Shown here piece after piece: positions 11,231 through 21,311 of a DNA stretch of 64,000 bases. Position 1 is the stretch's first letter. Every line of letters begins with the position of its first letter. Both the position numbers and the translations under genes were made by a program. The stretch comes from an uncultured Chitinophagales bacterium (GTDB lineage Bacteria > Bacteroidota > Bacteroidia > Chitinophagales > BACL12): NCBI GenBank assembly GCA_964638865.1, contig CAZXBG010000001.1, forward strand, positions 18,223 to 82,222. The letters are read 5' to 3'. A model generated the notes under the pieces. The model ran no database searches, was not told the DNA's origin, and saw nothing but the letters and a program-made list of their open reading frames with translations.

Positions 11231-11243
11231 CCTGGTTTATTAT

Positions 11244-11453
11244 TTATTTGGCGGAAACCAATTCTCGTTTTCTGGCTTCAGTTTTAATTCTCGCAATTTC
11301 TCTGCGGAGATAACGAAGCTGAGCCGGATTATCAATTGGGTTCACTGCATGATTAAAACGCAATTTCACCATGCGTTCGTTGTCGTCATGAAGCCTTTGT
11401 TTAAGGTCTTCATTACTCAACTGGTTTAAATCTTCTTTTTTTAACTTAGCCAT
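11244..11453 (-). CDS. rpmC: 50S ribosomal protein L29
   Basis: 69 aa in the expected position between L16 and S17. The pattern ..L..L...L..E..KLRF......L.N....R..RR.IARI.T fits uL29. Confidence 0.92.
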   Translation of the reverse strand: MAKLKKEDLNQLSNEDLKQRLHDDNERMVKLRFNHAVNPIDNPAQLRYLRREIARIKTEARKRELVSAK

Positions 11454-11472
11454 TTGCCAAAGCTTTAATTAT

Positions 11473-11892
11473 TTATGAAACGTAGTCTCTGCGAACTACA
11501 AATTTTGTTTTTACCGGTAATTTACCTGCTGCAAGCCTCATTGCTTCCTGTGCTGTTTCAAGTGGAACTCCATCTGCTTCAAACATGATCCTTCCGGGTT
11601 GAACAACAGCCACCCAATATTCAGGGCTACCCTTTCCTTTACCCATACGAACCTCTGCAGGTTTTTTGGTGATAGGTTTATCGGGAAATATATTGATCCA
11701 CACCTGACCTTCACGTTTTAAATGGCGGGTTAATGCAACCCTTGCTGCTTCTATCTGACGATCAGTTATCCAACCTTCTTCCAGTGTTTTTAAACCGAAA
11801 GAACCTGCTGATAATTGACTGCCTCTTTTAGCATTGCCCTTTATCTTGCCCTTAAACGTTTTCCTATGTTTTACTTTTTTTGGCGCTAACAT
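11473..11892 (-). CDS. rplP: 50S ribosomal protein L16
   Basis: [13 protein letters not shown]...G.A.RG..L.FG.FGLK.......T.RQIEAAR.A is canonical uL16. Confidence 0.97.
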   Translation of the reverse strand: MLAPKKVKHRKTFKGKIKGNAKRGSQLSAGSFGLKTLEEGWITDRQIEAARVALTRHLKREGQVWINIFPDKPITKKPAEVRMGKGKGSPEYWVAVVQPGRIMFEADGVPLETAQEAMRLAAGKLPVKTKFVVRRDYVS

Positions 11893-11903
11893 GATTTTTA
11901 TTT

Positions 11904-12614
11904 TTACCTTTTATTATTCGTAGGTCTTCTTCTTTTGTTATTGCGATCTTTTTCCTGTTGTAAGCCAATATTTGGTTGTAAATCTCTTTTTCCAAGAACT
12001 TCTCCTTTACAGATCCAAACCTTAACTCCTAACTTACCATAAACAGTAAGTGCTTCTTTCCAAGCGTAATCAATATCTGCACGGAATGTATGCAATGGAA
12101 CACGACCTTGTTTGTATTCTTCTGATCGAGCCATCTCCGCACCATTCAACCTTCCACTCACTCTTATCTTAACACCTTCCGCTCCCATTCTCATGGTAGA
12201 AGCAATTGCCATTTTAATTGCTCTTCTGAAATTGATACGTGCTTCTAACTGACGTGCTATGGTTTCTCCAACAATATTTGCATCCAATTCGGGGCGACGG
12301 ATCTCTACGATATTAATCTGCACATCTTTTTGAGTGATCTTTTTCAATTCTTCCTTCACCTTGTCAACTTCTCCACCACCTTTTCCGATAATGATACCGG
12401 GTCTTGAGGTATGGATAGTTACCGTAATTCTATTAAGTGTTCTTTCGATAACTATTTTTGAAATTCCACCTTTTGATATCCTGGCATTCAGGTATTCGCG
12501 AATTTTTTCATCCTCGATCAACTTTTCTGCCATGGTTTTTCCACCATACCAGTTGCTGTCCCATCCTCGGATGATACCTAGTCGATTACCTATTGGATTA
12601 CATTTTTGTCCCAT
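11904..12614 (-). CDS. rpsC: 30S ribosomal protein S3 with a basic C-terminal tail
   Basis: [23 protein letters not shown]... (KH domain) is canonical uS3. Confidence 0.97.
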   Translation of the reverse strand: MGQKCNPIGNRLGIIRGWDSNWYGGKTMAEKLIEDEKIREYLNARISKGGISKIVIERTLNRITVTIHTSRPGIIIGKGGGEVDKVKEELKKITQKDVQINIVEIRRPELDANIVGETIARQLEARINFRRAIKMAIASTMRMGAEGVKIRVSGRLNGAEMARSEEYKQGRVPLHTFRADIDYAWKEALTVYGKLGVKVWICKGEVLGKRDLQPNIGLQQEKDRNNKRRRPTNNKR

Positions 12615-12630
12615 TCGAATTCTTTATATT

Positions 12631-13023
12631 TTATTCCTTGGTTTCTTTTGTTTCTGCAGATGCTGCATTTCTAGATGCAACTTTTACAGTAATATGATTT
12701 GTGCGTTTGCGTATTCTGTATGCTCTTCCGTGTGGTGCAGGCTGAAATCTGCGCATTGTTTTCCCTGCGTCAACAAAACATTCCTTAACATACAAATTAC
12801 TGTCGGCAGCATCCTGTTCAAATTTTTGCTCCCAATTTTTGATTGCACTTCTCAGCACTTTTTCTACCGGTGCTGCAGATTTTTTATCCGTATATTTTAG
12901 AATATTGAGGGCTTTGTCAATATCCAAACCCCTGATAACATCAACAACATATCTCGCTTTACGAGGCGAACCTGCATTGTTGTTGGTTCTTGGGTTATTA
13001 ATAAGTTTTGCTACTGCTTCCAT
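12631..13023 (-). CDS. rplV: 50S ribosomal protein L22
   Basis: ..SPRKARYVVD.IRG......AL.IL........A..V.K.L.SA..N is the uL22 pattern, in the expected position between S19 and S3. Confidence 0.93.
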   Translation of the reverse strand: MEAVAKLINNPRTNNNAGSPRKARYVVDVIRGLDIDKALNILKYTDKKSAAPVEKVLRSAIKNWEQKFEQDAADSNLYVKECFVDAGKTMRRFQPAPHGRAYRIRKRTNHITVKVASRNAASAETKETKE

Positions 13024-13034
13024 ACTTTATTTTA

Positions 13035-13298
13035 TTAACGCTTAGCGGTATGTGATTTAAAGTTTCTTGTTGGTGAAAATTCACCCAATTTATGTCCTAC
13101 CATGTTTTCAGACACAAACACCGGTATGAATTTGTTTCCGTTGTGTACTGCGAATGTATGACCAACCATATCAGGAATGATAGTAGAGCGGCGTGACCAG
13201 GTTTTAACCACGGTTTTTTTGCTCGTGTCATTCAACTTCTCCACTTTCGCGGCGAGGTTATGATCAACGTAGGGTCCTTTTTTTATCGAACGTGCCAT
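13035..13298 (-). CDS. rpsS: 30S ribosomal protein S19
   Basis: [15 protein letters not shown].......K....[36 protein letters not shown]. Confidence 0.97.
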   Translation of the reverse strand: MARSIKKGPYVDHNLAAKVEKLNDTSKKTVVKTWSRRSTIIPDMVGHTFAVHNGNKFIPVFVSENMVGHKLGEFSPTRNFKSHTAKR

Positions 13299-13308
13299 TA
13301 ACTATTGA

Positions 13309-14133
13309 TTATTTTTTACGTCTGCTGATGATGAACTTAGTTGTTGTTTTCTTAGGATGACGGGTTTTCATTCCTTTAGAGAATTTACCATTGCGCGATC
13401 TTGGATGTCCTCCGGATGCACGACCTTCCCCACCACCCATCGGGTGATCTACAGGGTTCATTGCAACTCCTCTTACACGAGGACGGGTTCCTTTCCATCT
13501 ACTGCGGCCAGCCTTTCCTGATTGTTGCAGGTTGTGATCGGGATTTGACACCGAACCCACTGTTGCAACACAGCTATCTAAAATCATCCTGGTTTCGCCG
13601 GAAGGCATACGCACTATAACGTATTTACCCTCTTTTGCCGATAACTGAGCCCAGCTTCCTGCGCTTCTTGCTATCATTCCGCCTTTACCCGGATACATTT
13701 CAATGTTGTGAATAATAGTTCCCAATGGAATATTGCGCAACATCAAAGTGTTTCCCAATTCCGGTGCAGAGTTTTCACCGGATTCTACCGTTTGTCCAAC
13801 TTGCAAACCATTTGGTGCAATAATGTATCGCTTCTCCCCATCAGCATAACTTAATAAAGCTATGAATGCACTGCGATTCGGATCGTATTCAATTGTTTTT
13901 ACTGTTGCCGGAACATTGTGTTTATCCCGTTTAAAATCAATTATACGATATCTCTTCTTGTGACCGCCACCAATGTAGCGCATCGTCATGTTTCCTGAAC
14001 TATTACGTCCACCCGTCTTTTTAAACGGCGCGGTCAAACTCTTTTCAGGTACATCAGTGGTAAGTTCAGTATAAGCGTTGCCTATTCTAAATCGTGTACC
14101 TGGTGTAACCGGATTATATTTCTTTAATGCCAT
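13309..14133 (-). CDS. rplB: 50S ribosomal protein L2
   Basis: [15 protein letters not shown]......GGGHK..YR.IDF.R......[13 protein letters not shown]....DGEKRYI.AP is canonical uL2. Confidence 0.97.
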   Translation of the reverse strand: MALKKYNPVTPGTRFRIGNAYTELTTDVPEKSLTAPFKKTGGRNSSGNMTMRYIGGGHKKRYRIIDFKRDKHNVPATVKTIEYDPNRSAFIALLSYADGEKRYIIAPNGLQVGQTVESGENSAPELGNTLMLRNIPLGTIIHNIEMYPGKGGMIARSAGSWAQLSAKEGKYVIVRMPSGETRMILDSCVATVGSVSNPDHNLQQSGKAGRSRWKGTRPRVRGVAMNPVDHPMGGGEGRASGGHPRSRNGKFSKGMKTRHPKKTTTKFIISRRKK

Positions 14134-14141
14134 CTTTCAGA

Positions 14142-14438
14142 TTAAATTGTGCTGAAAAAATCAATTGTTTCGCCTTTTTTTAGAGTGATGTATGCTTTCT
14201 TCATACGTCCTTTGGTGCCCTGACTGATGCCGAACGGAGTTCTTTTCCAGCCGAATTTACCATTGTCGGTAATCGTTCTTACATGCTCTACACTAACACC
14301 GTAGTTTTTTTCCACGGCATTTTTGATCTCTATTTTATTGGCATCCATACCCACTACAAAACCATAAGTGCCATTTGCTTCTGTAAGCTTGGTGGTCTTT
14401 TCGGTGATGAGCGGTTTGATTAATATTCTCTTTGCCAT
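14142..14438 (-). CDS. rplW: 50S ribosomal protein L23
   Basis: The ORF-track entry 14142..14516 overlaps rplD. The internal Met (MAKRILIKPLITEKT...) at 14438 gives the canonical uL23 N-terminus and removes the overlap. Confidence 0.9.
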   Translation of the reverse strand: MAKRILIKPLITEKTTKLTEANGTYGFVVGMDANKIEIKNAVEKNYGVSVEHVRTITDNGKFGWKRTPFGISQGTKGRMKKAYITLKKGETIDFFSTI

Positions 14439-14448
14439 TTTCCTAATT

Positions 14449-15084
14449 TTAATTGTTCTCTGCCATTTGGTTAAGCATATTAACCGTGCTTTCTGATAAT
14501 ACGATGCACTGTGCATTCATTATCGTGTAAGTATTCAGGTCAATTGCTTTTGCTGTGTCAGTTTTAGGCAAATTGCGCACTGATAACTTTACATTGTTAT
14601 TTTCAACATCACCCATGATCAACAAGGTTTTTTTACCCGCAACTCCAATATTGCTTAGTATTTTGCTGAATTCTTTTGTTTTTGGCGTGTCTAAAGTGAA
14701 ATCTTCCACTACAACAATTCCGTTTTGTTTTGCTTTATAGGATAATGCAGAACGTCTCGCTAATTCCTTCACCTTGCGGTTAAGTTTAAAGCTGTAATCT
14801 CTAGGACGTGGGCCAAATATGGTTCCACCACCGTGAAATAACGGACTTTTTATAGATCCTTTTCTGGAACCACCTGTTCCTTTTTGGCGATGCAGTTTTC
14901 TTGTTGAACCTGCAGTTTCTCCTTTGTCTCTTGCCTTGTGAGTACCTTGACGCTGATTTGCCAGGTATTGTTTTACAGCAAGATAAATGGCGTGGTCGTT
15001 AGGTTCGATGCCGAAGATATCCTCATTCAGCTCCACCGCTTTACCTGTTTTTTCGCCTGATATTTTTACAATGTCGACTTTCAT
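14449..15084 (-). CDS. rplD: 50S ribosomal protein L4
   Basis: 211 aa, ..RQGTHKA..K.E..GS.RK..RQKGTG.SR.GS..SP...GGG..FGP.PR.Y. Confidence 0.96.
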   Translation of the reverse strand: MKVDIVKISGEKTGKAVELNEDIFGIEPNDHAIYLAVKQYLANQRQGTHKARDKGETAGSTRKLHRQKGTGGSRKGSIKSPLFHGGGTIFGPRPRDYSFKLNRKVKELARRSALSYKAKQNGIVVVEDFTLDTPKTKEFSKILSNIGVAGKKTLLIMGDVENNNVKLSVRNLPKTDTAKAIDLNTYTIMNAQCIVLSESTVNMLNQMAENN

Positions 15085-15085
15085 G

Positions 15086-15703
15086 TTATCTCTCTATTAT
15101 TACGTAAGATCCTTTACTTCCCGGAACCGATCCGTTTAACAGTATTAGATTCTTGTCAGAAATAATTTTTGCTATTTTGATGTTGCGCATTTTAACGGTG
15201 TCGCTTCCCATGTGACCGGCCATTTTCATTCCTTTGAAAACTCTGGAAGGATATGAAGAGGACCCGATGGAACCCGGTGCGCGGTGACGATCGTGCTGAC
15301 CGTGTGTGCGCATACCAACTCCACTAAAATTGTGGCGTTTAACTACACCCTGAAAACCTTTTCCTTTTGAAGTACTAACAACACTCACTTTTTCTCCTTC
15401 TGTAAAAATGTCGCAGGTAATATTATCCCCTACATTTTTATCCAGATCAAAATTGCGGAACTCTTTTATCTTGCGCATGTGTTTTGCGTTCGATTTTTTG
15501 AAGTGACCGGCTTGAGCCTTATTAGAATTTCTTTCTTTCATTTCATCAAAACCTAACTGAACAGCACTATAGCCATCCGTATCATCAGTTTTCTTTTGCA
15601 CAACTACGCATGGTCCCGCTTCAATTACGGTGCAGGAAATTACTTTCCCTTCCTCACCGAAGTAATGCGTCATGCCTATTTTTTTTCCTATGATCCCTTT
15701 CAT
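15086..15703 (-). CDS. rplC: 50S ribosomal protein L3
   Basis: M.G.IGKKIGMT......G....CTVIEAGPC.V.Q.KT...DGY.AVQLGF.. is canonical uL3. Confidence 0.97.
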   Translation of the reverse strand: MKGIIGKKIGMTHYFGEEGKVISCTVIEAGPCVVVQKKTDDTDGYSAVQLGFDEMKERNSNKAQAGHFKKSNAKHMRKIKEFRNFDLDKNVGDNITCDIFTEGEKVSVVSTSKGKGFQGVVKRHNFSGVGMRTHGQHDRHRAPGSIGSSSYPSRVFKGMKMAGHMGSDTVKMRNIKIAKIISDKNLILLNGSVPGSKGSYVIIER

Positions 15704-15715
15704 TGTCCGGTGCTT

Positions 15716-16021
15716 TTAGATTTTAATTTCCACTTCTACTCCACTTGGCAACTCAAGTTTCTGAAGTGCATCAACTGTTTTATTTGTTGCGCTGTAAATA
15801 TCTAGCAACCTTTTATAGGTGCACATTTGGAACTGCTCACGCGCTTTTTTATTTACGTGTGGTGAACGCAATACGGTATAAATCTTTTTCTGCGTTGGAA
15901 GCGGAATTGGTCCCGTTACAACTGCTCCGGTATTGCGAACTGTCTTTACGATCTTCTCGGCAGTTTTATCTACCAGAGTATGGTCAAAAGATTTCAGTTT
16001 CATTCTTATTTTATAGGTCAT
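15716..16021 (-). CDS. rpsJ: 30S ribosomal protein S10
   Basis: ..IR.KLKSFDH.L.D......V.T...TGA...GPIPLPT....[14 protein letters not shown] is canonical uS10. Confidence 0.97.
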   Translation of the reverse strand: MTYKIRMKLKSFDHTLVDKTAEKIVKTVRNTGAVVTGPIPLPTQKKIYTVLRSPHVNKKAREQFQMCTYKRLLDIYSATNKTVDALQKLELPSGVEVEIKI

Positions 16022-16040
16022 ACTATTGTATTCTAATTTA

Positions 16041-18146
16041 TTATCCTACTGATACTTTTCCTTTTGTTTTAGCAATTACCTCTTCTGCTACAGATGTTGG
16101 AGCAGGAGCGAAATGCGAGAATTCAAGAATGGATGTTGCACGTCCTGAAGTAATCGTTCTCAGTTGTGTTACATATCCAAACATTTCACTCAATGGAACT
16201 TTTGCTTTGATAACGGTTGCATTGTTCTTATTGTCGAAACCTTCAATCATTCCTCTTCTTCTGTTCAAGTCACCAATTACATCACCCATATGATCTTCCG
16301 GAGTAATTACTTCCAGTTTCATGATAGGTTCCAATAATTGTGGTCCTGCGTGTTTACCTGAATCGCGGAAAGCGATCTTGGCAGCCATTTCGAAAGAAAA
16401 TGCATCGGAGTCAACTGCGTGGAACGAACCATCGAACAAACGTACTTTCATACTGTCAATCTGATATCCGGCCAATACGCCTGTGTTCATTGCTTCTTTA
16501 AATCCTTTTTCTACGGAAGGAATATATTCACGTGGAATAGATCCTCCGAAAATGTCGTTCACGAATTGCAAACCAACATGACCTTCATCTGCAGGTCCGA
16601 TTTCAAATTGGATATCAGCGAATTTACCGCGACCACCAGTTTGTTTCTTGTACGTTTCTCTGTGTTTGATCGTTTTGGTGAAAGATTCTTTATAAGCTAC
16701 CTCAGGAGCACCCTGATTTACTTCAATTTTGAATTCACGTTTCAAACGGTCAACTATAATCTCTAAGTGTAACTCACCCATTCCACGCACAACAGTTTGA
16801 CCTGTTTCTTCGTCGAACATCACCTTAAATGTTGGATCCTCTTCCGCTAATTTGGAAAGAGCCATACCTAATTTATCCACTTCCGCCTGCACTTTAGGTT
16901 CAATTGCCAATCCGATAACCGGATCAGGGAATTTTATGCTTTCTAATGCAATAGGATGGTCTTCGTCGCATAAAGTATCCCCTGTTCTGATATCCTTAAA
17001 ACCAACTGCTGCTCCAATATCACCTGCTTCAATGGTATCGAGTGGGTTTTGTTTATTGGCATGCATTTGAAGGATACGGGAAATACGTTCTTTTTTACCT
17101 GTGCGCACATTCAATACATAAGAACCGGCATCTAACTTACCGGCATAAACCCGGAAGAATGCCAAACGACCAACAAATGGATCGGTCATAATCTTAAACG
17201 CAAGTGCTGTAAAAGGTTCTTTTACATCAGGTTTGCGGAATACTTCCTCTTCTGTATCAGGATTGATACCCTTAACACCATCAATATCTAAAGGAGAAGG
17301 GAGGTAACGCACAACAGCGTCCAGCATAAACTGAACACCTTTATTTTTAAATGCAGAACCACAAAGCATAGGAATGATAGCAATATCAATAGTTGCCTTG
17401 CGAATAGCAGTAATTAATTCAGCTTCTGTAATAGATTCCGGATTGTCGAAATATTTTTCCAGTAAAGCATCATCGTATTCGGCAACTGCTTCAACAAGAT
17501 GATTTCTGTATTCGATAACCAGGTCCTTCATATCTTCCGGAATTGGAACTTCCTTATAGGTCATACCCTGTGTATCATCATCCCAAACAATTGCTTTGTT
17601 TGTAATAAGATCTACAATACCAATAAAAGTTTCTTCCGCACCAATAGGTAATACAAGAGGAACCGGATTAGCACCCAACATTTCTTTCACTTGTTTTACA
17701 ACCTCAAGAAAATCGGCACCAGCGCGGTCCATTTTATTAACAAAACCCATACGTGGAACGCGGTAACGGTTAGCCTGGCGCCAAACTGTTTCTGATTGTG
17801 GTTCAACACCACCAACAGCACAGAATAATGCTACCACACCATCCAATACGCGCAACGAACGTTCCACCTCAACAGTAAAGTCAACGTGGCCCGGTGTATC
17901 AATAATGTTTACTTTGTAATCTTCGTTTTTGTATTTCCAATGTGTTGTTGTTGCAGCGGAAGTAATCGTGATACCACGTTCTTTCTCCTGTTCCATCCAG
18001 TCCATTGTTGCAGCTCCATCGTGAACCTCACCAATTTTGTGGGTAACACCTGTATAAAACAAAATACGCTCTGTTGTTGTCGTTTTACCGGCATCAATAT
18101 GGGCTGCTATCCCAATGTTACGAGTGTATTTTAAATCTCTTGCCAT
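16041..18146 (-). CDS. fusA: Elongation factor G
   Basis: 701 aa. It carries [20 protein letters not shown] (G1), DTPGHVDF (G3) and NKMDR (G4), and sits between rpsG and rpsJ. Confidence 0.98.
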   Translation of the reverse strand: MARDLKYTRNIGIAAHIDAGKTTTTERILFYTGVTHKIGEVHDGAATMDWMEQEKERGITITSAATTTHWKYKNEDYKVNIIDTPGHVDFTVEVERSLRVLDGVVALFCAVGGVEPQSETVWRQANRYRVPRMGFVNKMDRAGADFLEVVKQVKEMLGANPVPLVLPIGAEETFIGIVDLITNKAIVWDDDTQGMTYKEVPIPEDMKDLVIEYRNHLVEAVAEYDDALLEKYFDNPESITEAELITAIRKATIDIAIIPMLCGSAFKNKGVQFMLDAVVRYLPSPLDIDGVKGINPDTEEEVFRKPDVKEPFTALAFKIMTDPFVGRLAFFRVYAGKLDAGSYVLNVRTGKKERISRILQMHANKQNPLDTIEAGDIGAAVGFKDIRTGDTLCDEDHPIALESIKFPDPVIGLAIEPKVQAEVDKLGMALSKLAEEDPTFKVMFDEETGQTVVRGMGELHLEIIVDRLKREFKIEVNQGAPEVAYKESFTKTIKHRETYKKQTGGRGKFADIQFEIGPADEGHVGLQFVNDIFGGSIPREYIPSVEKGFKEAMNTGVLAGYQIDSMKVRLFDGSFHAVDSDAFSFEMAAKIAFRDSGKHAGPQLLEPIMKLEVITPEDHMGDVIGDLNRRRGMIEGFDNKNNATVIKAKVPLSEMFGYVTQLRTITSGRATSILEFSHFAPAPTSVAEEVIAKTKGKVSVG

Positions 18147-18164
18147 TTAATTATTCCTTTTCTA

Positions 18165-18632
18165 TTATGATTTAAAGTGAGCAAAAGCCTTGTTAGCTTC
18201 CGCCATTTTATGAACGTCTTCTTTCTTTTTCATTGTTGCGCCTTCTCCTTTAGCTGCTGCAACAATTTCTGCTGCTAATTTTTCAGCCATTGATTTTCCA
18301 CTGCGTCTGCGGCTGTATTGTATCAACCATTTCATAGAAAGGGATACTTTGCGATCAGGGCGAATTTCCGTTGGTATCTGGAAGTTAGCTCCACCAATAC
18401 GGCGGCTTTTCACCTCAACTCCCGGAGTAACATTACTCAAAGCTTTTTTCCAAACTTCGTATCCGCTTTCACCGGTTTGTTTTTCAACAAGATCCAATGC
18501 ATCGTAGAAAATACCGAAGGTGATACTTTTTTTGCCTTGCCACATCATCATATTTACAAACCTGGTAACCACCGCGTCGTTGAACTTCGGGTCTAAGGGT
18601 AAATATCTTTTTTTAGGTTTTAGCTTACGCAT
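18165..18632 (-). CDS. rpsG: 30S ribosomal protein S7
   Basis: MRK.KPKKR.L..DPKF.D..V.RFVN..M..GKKS is canonical uS7. Confidence 0.97.
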   Translation of the reverse strand: MRKLKPKKRYLPLDPKFNDAVVTRFVNMMMWQGKKSITFGIFYDALDLVEKQTGESGYEVWKKALSNVTPGVEVKSRRIGGANFQIPTEIRPDRKVSLSMKWLIQYSRRRSGKSMAEKLAAEIVAAAKGEGATMKKKEDVHKMAEANKAFAHFKS

Positions 18633-18658
18633 TTATATTAGTTTCAATTTTTAATCAA

Positions 18659-19063
18659 TTATTTCTTTTTAGCTACTGCTGCAACTGCTCCTGCCTTCGG
18701 ACGTTTAGTTCCGTATTTAGAGCGGCTTTTTCTGCGGTTGTTCACACCGGCAGTATCCAATGCACCGCGAACAATATGGTAACGAACACCGGGAAGGTCT
18801 TTCACCCTGCCACCGCGTATCAACACGATAGAGTGTTCCTGCAGGTTATGTCCTTCACCCGGAATGTAGGCAATAATCTCTGTTTGATTGGTTAAGCGAA
18901 CTTTGGCAACTTTTCGAAGTGCGGAGTTTGGTTTCTTAGGGGTAGTAGTATATACCCTTGTGCAAACACCACGCTTTTGAGGGCATGAGTCAAGTGCACG
19001 GCTCTTACTGGGACTTTTTATAATTTCCCTTCCTTTGCGAACTAACTGTTGTATTGTAGGCAT
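18659..19063 (-). CDS. rpsL: 30S ribosomal protein S12
   Basis: [12 protein letters not shown]......[33 protein letters not shown] is canonical uS12. It is the first gene of the cluster. Confidence 0.98.
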   Translation of the reverse strand: MPTIQQLVRKGREIIKSPSKSRALDSCPQKRGVCTRVYTTTPKKPNSALRKVAKVRLTNQTEIIAYIPGEGHNLQEHSIVLIRGGRVKDLPGVRYHIVRGALDTAGVNNRRKSRSKYGTKRPKAGAVAAVAKKK

Positions 19064-19101
19064 TCTAGCTTTTTACCTTTGATTTTAAAATTTTCGGGCT
19101 G

Positions 19102-19132
19102 CAAAAATAGGAAGAAGGAGCGATATTCACAA
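19102..19132 (-). promoter_or_regulatory. Candidate Bacteroidota-type promoter for the rpsL supercluster (TTG-N20-TATTTTTG)
   Basis: Minus-sense TATTTTTG (19109-19102) matches the TAnnTTTG -7 consensus. A TTG lies at 19132-19130, 20 nt upstream. The box is ~39 nt upstream of the rpsL ATG. This is a motif match only. Confidence 0.3.
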
Positions 19133-19405
19133 AGGTATGTGCACAATTCCCGAAAGAAAGTGCAGGTAAGCCATTGCGAACTTTATCGGGGTTCACGCCC
19201 TTAATTCTACCTGCGGCCGTTTTTTAATAACGGTTCCGTTTTTTGATTAAACGGGCTGCAAAGGTAAATATTCTGTTTCTGATATGCAAGGTACGGGTGA
19301 AAATAAATTGGAAATTGAGCTGTAGAGGGTGTTTTATCAGGAAATAAGATGCAATTGGAGGGCAAACGCAGAAAACTGTATTCGAAGAGGTGATGGCATT
19401 TAGGC

Positions 19406-20791
19406 TTGAATTGCTTTCAGAAGCTGGCCTATTCATTTATGCTGATGTATGGAGCTTATTTTGATGATTTTTCTGAAGAGGAAGATGAAAATGCTGCATT
19501 TATAGCTTTATGGGATAAGGATATGAACAATTTATGGTCAACCTACTTAGGTGATGATGCCTGGAGTAGAGCCGCCGGTGCAAATGTTTTTGAGTATGGA
19601 GCCCGAAGAGAATTATATGTTGTCGGTTCTGTGGGATACAATGACGCTACCCATACCTTTAGACCAATATGTAATGACGATTTACCTGATGCATATTTTG
19701 AGCCAGAGAGTAATACAAGTTGTTATTCACAATATGATGGTTATATTACTGCATTTGATTTAAGTATCTTCGAACCAATATTAGTTGGTGTAACAGAACC
19801 AAATTCACAAAATAATATAATGATGTTTCCTAATCCATCATTTGGGCAATTAAACATTGTAAGTGATGGAGAGCTAGATAATATTATAGTTTACGATATG
19901 CTCGGACATTCAGTATTAAATATTTTTGATATCAATCAGAATTTTTTACAACTTGAGGTAAGCTTTCTTTCCCCCGGCTGCTATGCGATTTCCCCTTCAC
20001 TTCCGCCATTTGAAATTGATTTTTTAACAAATGAAATAGGGTTTGTTTGCGGAAGACTGGAGGCTGCAGAAGGTACAACTGTATTCAAAACAATTGACGG
20101 CGGATATAATTGGTATACCAATGAAAATATGTATGGGCCGGTAATTGAAATGACTTTCCCTTCCATAAACATAGGTTATGGAATAGGAGATGAAAGCAGA
20201 ATTTGGAAAACTATAGATTCAGGGGAAAGTTGGAATATGCTTACATTTGATTTTGATGGTTATGATATTGTTGACGGTAATCTTATTTTGAGGAACGTGT
20301 ATTTTTTTAATGATACAATTGGATATTTGGAGGTTGGTTTTATATATCCGGATTTTACAGAAGGAATATTTATTTATAGGACAAATGACGGTGGAAACAT
20401 CTGGTATAAAACCGAGATTAATCATGACGAATTTGATGGCATAAATTCCATATGGTGTACGTCAGCAGATACGCGCTATGCTGTGGGTTGTTTGGAAGTT
20501 TATAAAACCACTAATGGTGGCGGAATTGATTCACCAACTTCCATAAAGACTATAGACAAACAGAATGGCTATGTTATGTTTCCTAATCCATCAAACAATT
20601 CAATTACTATTAATTTTGAATTACCACAACAAATGATACAAATTAATACATTCAATTATCTCGGAGAAGAAATTGATCTGTATTTTGACCTTTCCAACAA
20701 AGCAGATATTAGCACCTTGCCGAATGGAATATACTTAACTGAAATAATTACAGCAATTGGTAAAATTTCATGTAGGTGGGTAAAAGTATAA
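19406..20791 (+). CDS. Chimeric ORF: C-terminal remnant of an SBBP-like T9SS protein (with an internal CTD that lacks its last strands), fused in frame to a BNR/Asp-box (Ycf48-like) propeller protein with its own T9SS CTD. No signal peptide.
   Basis: The first CTD is MMFPNPSFGQLNIVSDG..IIVYDMLGHSV...LSPGCYAI, in mid-protein. Asp-box repeats follow: TIDGGYNWY, TIDSGESWN, TNDGGNIWY, TTNGGG. The second CTD is VMFPNPSNNSITINF...LPNGIYLTEI..., at the C-terminus. The ORF opens with TTG immediately after a TAG, and the N-terminus is not signal-like. Confidence 0.6.
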   Translation: MNCFQKLAYSFMLMYGAYFDDFSEEEDENAAFIALWDKDMNNLWSTYLGDDAWSRAAGANVFEYGARRELYVVGSVGYNDATHTFRPICNDDLPDAYFEPESNTSCYSQYDGYITAFDLSIFEPILVGVTEPNSQNNIMMFPNPSFGQLNIVSDGELDNIIVYDMLGHSVLNIFDINQNFLQLEVSFLSPGCYAISPSLPPFEIDFLTNEIGFVCGRLEAAEGTTVFKTIDGGYNWYTNENMYGPVIEMTFPSINIGYGIGDESRIWKTIDSGESWNMLTFDFDGYDIVDGNLILRNVYFFNDTIGYLEVGFIYPDFTEGIFIYRTNDGGNIWYKTEINHDEFDGINSIWCTSADTRYAVGCLEVYKTTNGGGIDSPTSIKTIDKQNGYVMFPNPSNNSITINFELPQQMIQINTFNYLGEEIDLYFDLSNKADISTLPNGIYLTEIITAIGKISCRWVKV

Positions 20792-21311
20792 ACTCTCTGA
20801 AAATTGTAATATTGAATCCCTTTAGGAGAATATTCCGTTTGTATAACCATTAAAATGAAAAATTATTTGTGAAAGATATATTTTCGCTTGGTTCGGGGGC
20901 TATATTTTTTAAACTAGGAAAATTATTCAGCTAAGATAACGAAGTCATATTGATAAACTTTTCCAAGTACCTTGCATTTATCATGATGGCCATCAGCATC
21001 ACCGGTTTCCAATGGTTGTAATAATGCTGTATTCATTGCCATTATGTTACCATTGTAGAGACTATTTCCAACTCCATTAAAATGTGCTGTATGTTTCAAA
21101 GCATGTTAATAAAAATAAAATATTAAGGTAACTACATTTTTATTGTATTAACCCAATATTGTATTATTAAATTTTTTTGTGTGTAAAATGTGTACTTAAT
21201 AGCACACTCCGTTATCAAATCCTTAAATGTATTTCATTTAATAATTGCATAACAATGGCGCTGGAATTTTGCATCAATTATTTCACAAATTAATCAATTA
21301 AAACCATTTTT

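Noticed and set aside
19224-19436. A 70-aa minus-strand ORF in the rpsL upstream region.
   Set aside because: It has no recognisable family, overlaps the start of the plus-strand ORF, and sits in the promoter region. It is most likely spurious.
20923-21099. A 58-codon minus-strand ORF (TTG start; ..HFNGVGNSLYNGNIMAMNTALLQPLETGDADGHHDKCKVLGKVYQYDFVILAE) in the 520-bp gap upstream of the 1435-aa gene.
   Set aside because: There is no ATG at the 5' end, no recognisable family, no coupling to a neighbour, and it is oriented against the surrounding genes. It could be a gene fragment, but I cannot support a call.
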